A DNA stretch of 64,000 bases. Origin: Thermoanaerobaculia bacterium (GTDB lineage Bacteria; Acidobacteriota; Thermoanaerobaculia; Multivoradales; Multivoraceae). Within the stretch, counting starts at the first letter, position 1. Each line of letters opens with the position of its first letter. A program made the position numbers and the translations under genes. Under the pieces are notes generated by a model that did not search any database, was not told the DNA's origin, and was given only the letters and a program-made list of their open reading frames with translations. The DNA lies in contig OY762911.1 in NCBI GenBank assembly GCA_963666565.1, forward strand, positions 1,888,001 to 1,952,000, in the 5' to 3' direction. Positions 9,734 through 17,103 of this stretch are shown in pieces.

Positions 9734-10507
9734 CTACGGCGTCGGGATCAGGCTGGCCACGCCGGCCAGGGCGGCCAGGAAGGCCGTTGTCGCCGCCCAG
9801 AGGGTGCCGGCGATCAGAAAGCCCTTGCGTTCGGAAAGCCGAAACACGGCGGCGGCGCCGAGGCCGAGCAGAGCGACATGCCAGACGGTGAAGGGCGTGA
9901 TCCTCATCAGGACCGCTTCGAGCGCCCAGTTCCCGGTGGGAAACAGCAGGTTCAGGCCCGGCACGATCACCGCGTCCGCCAGTTCGGTGGGCGATGCGAT
10001 CCCCTCCGGGCCGCGGCCGCGCGAGAGCAGCGCGCTGACCAGACCGCCGAGCCACGCAACGACGCCTAGATGGACGGCGAGCGAGAAGGACTGTCCGAAG
10101 CTCCCTTCACCGCGGAACGCCGTTACCAGCAGCCAGACGACGAGCGCCTGGAAGAGCCAGGCGCCGATCAGGCTGAAGAGCCCGAACACGGTTCCCCCCA
10201 CGAGGATCACCGCGTTCAGACCGGGAAGCGCGTCGGCCATGTCCGCGAGAAGCGGTTCATCCGACACGCTTGGCCATGTCGCGAGGAACTGGACGGCGCT
10301 CAGGGCGAGGAGCAGCGCCGCGGCGCCGGCCCAGGGTCGATGCTCGCGGACGATCGCGAAGCTGCTTCGAGGGGAGACGACGATCCCGGCCAGGACCTTG
10401 AACCATGCCTGCCGCTCGGTTTCGGCGCCGCCGGCGTATGCGATCGGCTCGGCGCTTTCCGGACGGACGGCGGCTTCCTCTTCCATGCGCGTCGGATCCT
10501 CCACCAT
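9734..10507 (-). CDS. Yip1 family membrane protein
   Basis: LAGIVVSPRSSFAIVREHRPW, about 5 TM, ITPFTVWHVALLGLG; RBS AGGAGG before ATG 10507. Confidence 0.8.
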   Translation of the reverse strand: MVEDPTRMEEEAAVRPESAEPIAYAGGAETERQAWFKVLAGIVVSPRSSFAIVREHRPWAGAAALLLALSAVQFLATWPSVSDEPLLADMADALPGLNAVILVGGTVFGLFSLIGAWLFQALVVWLLVTAFRGEGSFGQSFSLAVHLGVVAWLGGLVSALLSRGRGPEGIASPTELADAVIVPGLNLLFPTGNWALEAVLMRITPFTVWHVALLGLGAAAVFRLSERKGFLIAGTLWAATTAFLAALAGVASLIPTP

Positions 10508-10778
10508 GACGATTCCTCCTGCCTGCCGGCGGCCTCGCTCACCGACACGGTGACGGCGGTGGCGGCCGGCGCGCCGACCCCGGTCCATCGACCGGTTCTC
10601 GATCCGCGGACCATACTGGCACAGGGGCGACGGCGGACGGGCCGCCGGGCGCCGGCACGCCGGCGGCGGCCCGTCGACCGCCGTCGACGTGGAGCGCGCC
10701 TGATCGAAGCGAGCGCTCCGGCCTCTTCACCAGGGAGCGCGAAGGTCCGTCGTTGCCGCCATGCCGGTTCCGGTTCGG

Positions 10779-11558
10779 TTACGCCGGCAGGAGTCGGGAC
10801 GCCGTGGCGACCGACGCCGCGGCGAAGGCCGTCGTTGCCGCCCAGTAGACGGCCGCGAGCAACCAGCCCTTGCGCCGGGGCAGCTCGAACACCTGGGCCG
10901 CCCCTACGGCGAGCAGTACGACGAACCAGATCGTGAAGGGGTTGACGCTGGCGTAGAAGACGTTGAGGGCCGCGTTCTCGCCGGCCAGCAGCAGGTCGAG
11001 GCCCATCTGCGCCTGCAGGTCCAGCGGCGACCGGATCGCTTCGAACCCGCGGAGGTGGAGGAGGAGGAAGTTGGTCCAGTCCTTGACGTGAAGGACCAGA
11101 GCCAGATGGACCGTCAACGAGAGGGACTGGGCAAAGCGGAGTTGCCCCTGGAGCGCGATTGCCAGCAGCCAGACGAAAACCGTCTTGAGGACGAGTCCGA
11201 TGGCGAGGACCAGCGGGCCGGCTGCCATCGCCAGCCAGCGCGCCGCTCCGGCTGTCCGCTCGACCTGCGCCATCATGAGGTCGACCTGCTCCGGGCTGTC
11301 CGGCATCGTCTCCGTCAGTTGAGCCCGCGTCGCGTGGTTGTTCAGTGGCGCCGAGGCCGAGGCCAGGGCGGCGGTACCCGCCGCGAGCACAAGGAACGGC
11401 GCCAGCCACGGGCGGCGGCGGTGGATGACCTCGAAGCTCCGTCGGGGCGACGCGAAGATGCCGACCAGCGCCTCGAGCCATGCGTGCCGGCCTGGCGAGT
11501 CTTCGCCGCCGGTCTCGGCATGGCCTTCACCTTCGATGCTGCCGAAGCGCCCAGTCAT
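10779..11558 (-). CDS. Yip1 family membrane protein (paralog)
   Basis: LVGIFASPRRSFEVIHRRRPWLAP, VNPFTIWFVVLLAVG; ATGA overlap with the ABC ATPase stop. Confidence 0.82.
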   Translation of the reverse strand: MTGRFGSIEGEGHAETGGEDSPGRHAWLEALVGIFASPRRSFEVIHRRRPWLAPFLVLAAGTAALASASAPLNNHATRAQLTETMPDSPEQVDLMMAQVERTAGAARWLAMAAGPLVLAIGLVLKTVFVWLLAIALQGQLRFAQSLSLTVHLALVLHVKDWTNFLLLHLRGFEAIRSPLDLQAQMGLDLLLAGENAALNVFYASVNPFTIWFVVLLAVGAAQVFELPRRKGWLLAAVYWAATTAFAAASVATASRLLPA

Positions 11559-12340
11559 TCCGTGCTCCTGTTCCCGATCCAGGAGAGGCGGGAGAACCTC
11601 TCGCGTCTGGAGATGCCGAGAATGAGGTTCTCAAGCCGCCCGGCGCCGTCGTCTCCTTCGGCGGCCGGCAGTTCGCGGAATTCCTCGCGGGAGCACGACA
11701 GGAGGACCTTGCCGGCCCTGATGACGGCGATGTGGGTCGACACGCGCTCGACGTAGTCGAGCATGTGGGAGGTCAGGAAGACGGCCGTGCCCTGGTCGGC
11801 CATCTGCTGCAGGATCGACATGACGGTGCGCGCGCTCAGGGCGTCCATCCCCTCGAACGGCTCGTCGAGGAACAGGACCCTGGGCGCGTGGAGGGTCGCC
11901 GCCGCCAGACGGATCTTCTTCCTCATGCCGTGAGAGTAGGTCGTGATCGGCCGCTTGCCGGCTTCTTCCAGGTCGAAAACCGTGAGCGCCTCGTCCGTCC
12001 GCTGCCCGGCGTCCTCGCGGCTCAGGCCGTAGATCCGGGCGTACGAGAGCAGCAGCTCTTCGCCGGTCAGGCTCTCGAACAGGACGCTGTGGTCCGGCAC
12101 GATGCCGAGTTGCCGCTTGAGTTCCGCGTCGTTTACGTCCACCGGCTTACCGAGAAGCCGTACCGTGCCCTTCGTGGGCGTCACGACTCCGGTCAGCATC
12201 GACCAGGTCGTCGTCTTGCCGGCGCCGTTGGGGCCGACGAAGCCCAGAATCTGCCCCTCCCGGACCTCCAGGTCGACGCCGTCGACGACGACGTTGCCCC
12301 CGTAGGACCGGGTCAGGTTCTCTGCCTTGATTGCTTCCAT
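11555..12340 (-). CDS. ABC transporter ATP-binding protein (exporter type)
   Basis: Walker A GPNGAGKTT, signature YSHGMRKK, Walker B LFLDEP, H-loop LTSH; RBS AAAGGAA before ATG 12340. Confidence 0.95.
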   Translation of the reverse strand: MEAIKAENLTRSYGGNVVVDGVDLEVREGQILGFVGPNGAGKTTTWSMLTGVVTPTKGTVRLLGKPVDVNDAELKRQLGIVPDHSVLFESLTGEELLLSYARIYGLSREDAGQRTDEALTVFDLEEAGKRPITTYSHGMRKKIRLAAATLHAPRVLFLDEPFEGMDALSARTVMSILQQMADQGTAVFLTSHMLDYVERVSTHIAVIRAGKVLLSCSREEFRELPAAEGDDGAGRLENLILGISRRERFSRLSWIGNRSTE

Positions 12341-12432
12341 GCGTGGTTGTGTTCCTTTTGGTCGTAAGGGGCAGAAGATGTGTAGGGGCGGGAGACACAA
12401 GGGGCGGGGGCCAGCTGGTGCGGAGGGTTCAG

Positions 12433-14024
12433 CTAGTGCGGAGGGTCCTTGAGCAGGAGTTCGTGCGTCCGCGACTCGATTTCGCGCCGTTGGCGCGCCG
12501 TCGACGGTCGCCACGCCAGGGCCGAAAACGTGAGAGCGACGCCGGCGGCGATCGTGGCCATGAGCCCTCCGTTCCCGGGTCGCTCCAGTATCCGCGAGAC
12601 CAGGATCGCGAGTACGAGGAACGCCATTATGGGGAGGGTGGCGACAAAGCTCACCCCCAGGTTCTCTACCTCGAACTCCGTGGCGCCTCCGATCCTGCGC
12701 TTGGGCCAGTACAGTTGAACCAGGCCGTAGACCGCGTCGGCGACCAGCAAAAGGGCGGCGACCAGGGTTACAGCCAGAACTGAGAGTGTCCAGTTGCCCG
12801 GGCCGAAGTGAGCCAAACCGACGCCTGTCGCCAGAACGACGACCGGGATCGCCAGCAGCGCAGGTGCCCTGGCCGGTGCCCGAAAGATACGGAACGGCCT
12901 TAGCGGCAATGCGAGGGACTCACGCCAGACCTGGCAACTCGGAGGCGGTTTCTCGGTCCGAACGCCGTTGAGGAGGATGACCGTTACCAGAGCGGCGGTC
13001 ATCAGGCCGAGTACAGGGTCGACGGTGGTGTAGGTGGCGTACGCGAGGCAGATGACGTAGCACCATCTGACCCCCTTGGCGCGACATAGGCACTCGAGTT
13101 CGACGAGTGTCAGACAAGCGCCCGGCGACAACCGGCGACAACGGCGCAGGAGTCCCGCCAGGGCGTAACCGTCGAGGCCGTCCGCCGGTCTCCACCCGGG
13201 CGAGAGAGGAATTGGCGGAGCAGGAGTCGGTACTCGATCCAGGCGGTCGCCGCGAGAAGACACAGCAGAACTCCCAGTCGCAGGATGTTCGGTGCGAGCG
13301 CCCCGGGCGAGTCGATGATGGCGGCGAGGAGACCGGTAGGGGTGTAGCCCAGCGCGACGAGAACCTCCGCGTCGCGGACCGAAGCGGCGACCGCTTCGAG
13401 CTCGGCCTCGCCGTCCAGGACGCCGATGCCGACGCGGAGGGCCTGAATCGCCGCGACGATCAGGATGAACAGGCCGACCAGGCCGATCGTGCTTTCGACC
13501 AGCCGGTCCACGGTCAGGATGAGAATCGCTCCAAGCCGCCCGAGCAGCAGTGCCGTGGCTGCCAGACCGACGGTCGCCAGCAGGAAATCGACCAGCCCCT
13601 GGGGTCGGGTCGCGAGCAGGTAAAGCGCCGCGGGTCCGAGCCCGATCAACCAGTAGCCAGCCAGACTGAACCCGAGCCGCAGCATGTAGAGGTCCCTGTA
13701 GGCGGCTGGGAGCGGGAGGAACGGCTCTATGTCCAGGAGCCAGTTCACCGGAAGGCGCAGGACCACCTGGGCCAGCAACCACAGGAGAGTTGCAACGCCG
13801 GTGGCGAGGTTCAGCAGGTTGCGGCGTAGCGGTTCGTCCTCGATGCCGAAGAGAAGGGAGAGCAGCGGCACCGTCGCGGCAGTGGCAACGACAAGGTAGA
13901 TCAGGGCGATGCCGACGGCAACGACTTGCGTCTGATCGCGTCGCTTCAGGGCGCCGGGAAGAGCTAGCCTACCCAGTGTCAGCAGCAGGTCCGCCCGGCT
14001 TCCGGGCTTCGTCAGTACGGCCAT
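12433..14024 (-). pseudogene. ABC exporter permease-like membrane protein split by a single-base frameshift (real, or an assembly error)
   Basis: The N half (14024-13110 ORF) and C half (end of the 13782-12433 ORF) both align to the intact paralog 2186-3799. Adding one base to the G run at 13161-13163 restores TPLAGLLRR (paralog LPLAWILRR). Confidence 0.8.
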
Positions 14025-14090
14025 TGGATCCTCGTGTCGCGGCGTCCAGTTCTGGAAGGCGGGCAGGCGCCTGGACTGGCGGCGGGCCCG

Positions 14091-14226
14091 GCTGGTTGCG
14101 GAGCACAGAGGGAACGAGACCCCCCGCCGCCTCGCCTGACGAAGGGAGCGACCCTAGGTCCCGGGGCGACGGCCAAGTCCGGCAGGGGATCCGAGTAGCG
14201 GGCCCACTGCGCCTTTGGCAACCAAC
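14091..14226 (-). ncRNA. Putative structured ncRNA, copy 2 (136 nt)
   Basis: GUUGGUUGC/GCAACCAGC, 13-bp GGAUCCCCUGCCG/CGGCGGGGGGUCU, apical GGG-UCGCU-CCC. Collinear with 9480-9612 apart from one 3-nt indel. Confidence 0.75.
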
Positions 14227-14232
14227 GGACGG

Positions 14233-14262
14233 ACGCTAGCGCGCCGGAGTGGCGTCCGTCAA
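14233..14262 (-). promoter_or_regulatory. Sigma70-type promoter for ncRNA copy 2 and possibly the transporter genes
   Basis: TTGACG (14262-14257)-N18-TAGCGT (14238-14233)-N6-G, the same geometry as 9619-9648. Confidence 0.7.
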
Positions 14263-14401
14263 ACGCACTTGCCCCGTAGAACGGGAGAGGAACGATGGCC
14301 CCGAAGGAGCCGCGTGAGATCGACCCGCTGACGGGTGCTTCGGTCTCCTTCGTTGCCATCGAAGCCTCTCCACGGTGTTCTACGGTGGTTGAATACCCGG
14401 C

Positions 14402-14695
14402 CTACTTGCAGAAGACCAGGGCAATTGGCGCGTACGCTCCGCCGATGGCGAGACCGGCGCCGCCGGTTGCGGCGCCAACACCGAGGGCGACGAAACTGAA
14501 GCCGAGGACGGCGGTGATGCACCCCAACTTCCCTCCTCCGGTGGTTGCCGCGAGAAGCGGTTCACTGGCGCGCTCGATCTCGGCCGGGGTACCGAAGTCC
14601 GGGATCCCAAGGCGAGAACCGTTGTCGCCCACCGCTGGAGCGAGAGCGAACACGAAGGTGAGGAGAAGGGTTGCGGCTACTGCTTTCTTGGACAT
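14402..14695 (-). CDS. Bacteriocin-like precursor C: Sec signal + GG-type leader + 43-aa hydrophobic two-Cys core
   Basis: MSKKAVAATLLLTFVFALAPAVG signal; DFG...ASEPLLAATTGG|GKLGCITAVLGFSFVALGVGAATGGAGLAIGGAYAPIALVFCK; RBS GAAAGGAA. Confidence 0.78.
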   Translation of the reverse strand: MSKKAVAATLLLTFVFALAPAVGDNGSRLGIPDFGTPAEIERASEPLLAATTGGGKLGCITAVLGFSFVALGVGAATGGAGLAIGGAYAPIALVFCK

Positions 14696-14767
14696 GTCGT
14701 TCCTTTCAGGTTTGGTTCAGAGTGTGTCGGTTGTTGGGTTGGGTTCTTCAGGACAGGCGGATCGCGG

Positions 14768-15103
14768 TCAGGCGAACATCGCGCAGGCGACTCCGACGAC
14801 GCCGAGGCCGATGCCGACAGGCGCCAGGACGCCGCTCAGGGCCAGGGCCAGGCCGGCTCCCGCGGCGGCGCCGCAGGTCGCCTCGACCGCCGGCCCCGAA
14901 CCCGTGGTCAGGGCAAGGCCCTCGGCGCTCATGCGATGCTGGCCGAAGTCCGTGACGCGCGACGGAGGCGACGCCGTCTGCACGGCATGGTCTCCGGCGG
15001 TGCCGAGTCGATCAGCTGTCTGGTCGACCGGGCTGTCCGGTTGACCGGCAGATGCGGCCATCAGTGCGCCGCACGTGAGAATGGAAAGAAGAGTCTTCGT
15101 CAT
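14768..15103 (-). CDS. Bacteriocin-like precursor B: Sec signal + GG-type leader + 42-aa hydrophobic two-Cys core
   Basis: MTKTLLSILTCGALMAASA signal; DFG...MSAEGLALTTGS|GPAVEATCGAAAGAGLALALSGVLAPVGIGLGVVGVACAMFA; RBS AAAAGGAG. Confidence 0.78.
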   Translation of the reverse strand: MTKTLLSILTCGALMAASAGQPDSPVDQTADRLGTAGDHAVQTASPPSRVTDFGQHRMSAEGLALTTGSGPAVEATCGAAAGAGLALALSGVLAPVGIGLGVVGVACAMFA

Positions 15104-15163
15104 GGGTGGTGCTCCTTTTCTTCGATTGGTTTTGTTTTCGGAAGAGATCGCAACTGCGCCGAG

Positions 15164-15484
15164 CTAGAACGGCACCGGACAGGGGAACGGGATCGGGAAC
15201 GGAGTCGGTAGCGGCATGGGCAGGGGAGGCCTGGGCCACGGGATCGGCATCGGACAGCCGGGCTGCGGAATGCAGCCGCAGGGCCAGTAGACGGCCAGTT
15301 CGACGTGTTCCGGCGCGATGTCCAATGCGCCGAGCGCGTAGCCGGCCGGCGCCTCGAACGACTCGAGATCCCATCCGGCCGCGAGTTCGTCGCCGCCGGA
15401 AACCGGCGCTTCGCCGGTGGTCGGGGTCGCCATCGCCGCGCCGGCGAGGAAGAGGGTTGCAAGGAAGGCGATGCGGTACTTCAT
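15164..15484 (-). CDS. Secreted precursor A: signal + acidic pro-region + Pro/Cys-rich C-terminal peptide
   Basis: MKYRIAFLATLFLAGAAMA signal; tail WPCGCIPQPGCPMPIPWPRPPLPMPLPTPFPIPFPCPVPF; RBS GAAGGAG; ATGA overlap with the C39 stop. Confidence 0.8.
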   Translation of the reverse strand: MKYRIAFLATLFLAGAAMATPTTGEAPVSGGDELAAGWDLESFEAPAGYALGALDIAPEHVELAVYWPCGCIPQPGCPMPIPWPRPPLPMPLPTPFPIPFPCPVPF

Positions 15485-16101
15485 TGTGGGTTTGCTCCTT
15501 CAGGAGTTGTGGGTTGTGGTGAAACGGACGGCGTTCCCGCCGTCCGCGAGATCGGTGAGGGGCCGCCGGTGAAGGCGAGGACGATGCCGTCCCAGGAGCG
15601 GTCGAACGTTCGTGGGCTCATCCGCAGGCGGCCGATGGACGGATCGTCGACGACGAGTTCGTCGCCGGCGGTGCGGATGACGACGAAGTGGTCGCCGTGG
15701 ACGTGGGCGATCGCCGGGAGCGGAATCTCGCCGAGGCGGTCGATCGGCAGGTGGAAGCCCTGGCTCGTCACGCCCCGCCGCTCGGCGGCTCGCTTGATCG
15801 CCAGAAGGCTGGTGCCGTCCGGTCCGGTTCCGGTGGCGGCTTCGAGTTCGGCGAGCGTCGAGTCGCCGACGCCCCAGTGGTCGAGGACCATCTTCAGCGC
15901 GGCCGGTCCGCAGTCGGTACGGTTCTGCTGGCGAACGACCTCGCCCTCGGCCGACGCCGACGGGTCGAGCGACGCGGCCCAGGCGAGCCGGTCGATCGTC
16001 GGTCCGACGGCCCGGACCGCGACCGTCGCGAGGCCGGCCGCGAGCACCAGGCCGGCGGCGGCGATGTGCCGCCGGCGAACCCTGAGTCGCTCAGCGCGCA
16101 T
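15481..16101 (-). CDS. Stand-alone C39 family cysteine peptidase with N-terminal signal/TM anchor
   Basis: QQNRTDCGPAALKMVL (catalytic Cys), GTSLLAIKRAAERRG, LPAIAHVHGDHFVV (His), VDDPSIG (Asp), WDGIVL. No ABC domains. Confidence 0.92.
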   Translation of the reverse strand: MRAERLRVRRRHIAAAGLVLAAGLATVAVRAVGPTIDRLAWAASLDPSASAEGEVVRQQNRTDCGPAALKMVLDHWGVGDSTLAELEAATGTGPDGTSLLAIKRAAERRGVTSQGFHLPIDRLGEIPLPAIAHVHGDHFVVIRTAGDELVVDDPSIGRLRMSPRTFDRSWDGIVLAFTGGPSPISRTAGTPSVSPQPTTPEGANPQ

Positions 16102-16597
16102 CGTTCGCGGCCTCCAGAAAGGAACGCCACGCGGTTTCCGGGCGTTCTCCGGTGACGACGGCGCGGACCCGGGACCGCCCGTCTACCAGGAACACGAGCG
16201 GTACGTGGATGACGCCGAAGCGCCTGGAGAGGGCGGCGTCCGGGTCGGCGACGGTGTGGGCGATGCCATCGACCTTCGGCGCTTCCTGGCCGGCCCCGGC
16301 GACGACCGCGATGAGATCGAAGGACTCGCCCCCGACCTGCGCCATGCGCCGCAGCGTCGTGATCGTGCGGTCGCAGTTGCCGCAGCCGGCCCTGGCGAAG
16401 ACGACGACCCGCGGCCGTTCTCGGGAGACCGGCAGGAGTTCGCCGTCCGCGAGTCCGGGCAGGGCCGGGAACGCCGCGCCGACCTTGGGGCGCTGAGCCT
16501 CTCGCGCGGCCAGGCTGGACTGGAACCAGATCAGGCCACCGACCGGGACGGCGACGGCGACGACGACCGCGGCGGCGGCCAGCCGGCGACGGTTCAT
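16091..16597 (-). CDS. Membrane-anchored thioredoxin-like/redoxin (CxxC) protein
   Basis: N-terminal TM; PKVGAAFPAL, VVVFARAGCGNC, VADPDAALSRRFGVIHVPLVFLVD. Confidence 0.85.
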   Translation of the reverse strand: MNRRRLAAAAVVVAVAVPVGGLIWFQSSLAAREAQRPKVGAAFPALPGLADGELLPVSRERPRVVVFARAGCGNCDRTITTLRRMAQVGGESFDLIAVVAGAGQEAPKVDGIAHTVADPDAALSRRFGVIHVPLVFLVDGRSRVRAVVTGERPETAWRSFLEAANDAR

Positions 16598-16917
16598 CGT
16601 CCGCGCCCCTGGCCGAGGCCGGCCGCTCCGGCGCGCGTTCCCGGCCGCGCCGGGGCGTAGAGCATGGAGACGAGCGGCGCGGACCGCGGCCCCAGCAGGC
16701 GGAAGGCGCGCGTCAGGCGCGCTTCGAGTGCCCCGGCCGGCGACTCGGAGAGCCGGGGGTTCCAGCCGCGCACCCGGGGGCGGGCGCGCCGCCCGGCCCC
16801 GGCCTGGATCGAGGCGGCGCCGAGCGGATTCGGAACGTTGCCGGCGGCGTCCGGCCTGTCGAGACGGGGCCGCGAGGCAGGTTGACGGAGAGTCGAGGCA
16901 AGGTTCGGGGAGGTCAT
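16594..16917 (-). CDS. Hypothetical protein, probable first gene of the peptide operon
   Basis: RBS GGAG before ATG and ATGA coupling to the redoxin start. No recognisable motif. Confidence 0.4.
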   Translation of the reverse strand: MTSPNLASTLRQPASRPRLDRPDAAGNVPNPLGAASIQAGAGRRARPRVRGWNPRLSESPAGALEARLTRAFRLLGPRSAPLVSMLYAPARPGTRAGAAGLGQGRGR

Positions 16918-16993
16918 TGTCCGCTCCAGGTGCTTCAGTCGAGGTCGGCGCCGTTGGAGTTCGGCTGCCGCGTGTATCGACTAAGACGCAAAT

Positions 16994-17027
16994 GGCCTCC
17001 GGAACCCGGTATCGGGTTCCGGAGGCC
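16994..17027 (-). terminator. Perfect 15-bp inverted repeat; probable terminator of the SNF2 gene, or an operator
   Basis: GGCCTCCGGAACCCG-gtat-CGGGTTCCGGAGGCC, followed by ATTT on the minus strand. Confidence 0.5.
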
Positions 17028-17103
17028 CTCTGGAGGCCGGCGGGCTTCTACCGTTCGCGCAGTGCTCGGCGGGTCAGAAAACCCGCGTACCCGGCGCCCG
17101 GCG

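Noticed and set aside
14012-14359. 115-aa minus-strand ORF as a bacteriocin immunity gene
   Set aside because: It runs straight through the promoter and ncRNA copy 2, whose homolog at 9480-9648 has no equivalent ORF. No TM segments or motifs; probably spurious, though it has a weak RBS.
15481-16597. Tat export of the C39 peptidase and redoxin (RRR at the N-termini)
   Set aside because: The Arg runs lack the S/T-R-R-x-F-L consensus and Arg is common at this GC content. Sec or a membrane anchor cannot be told from Tat by eye.
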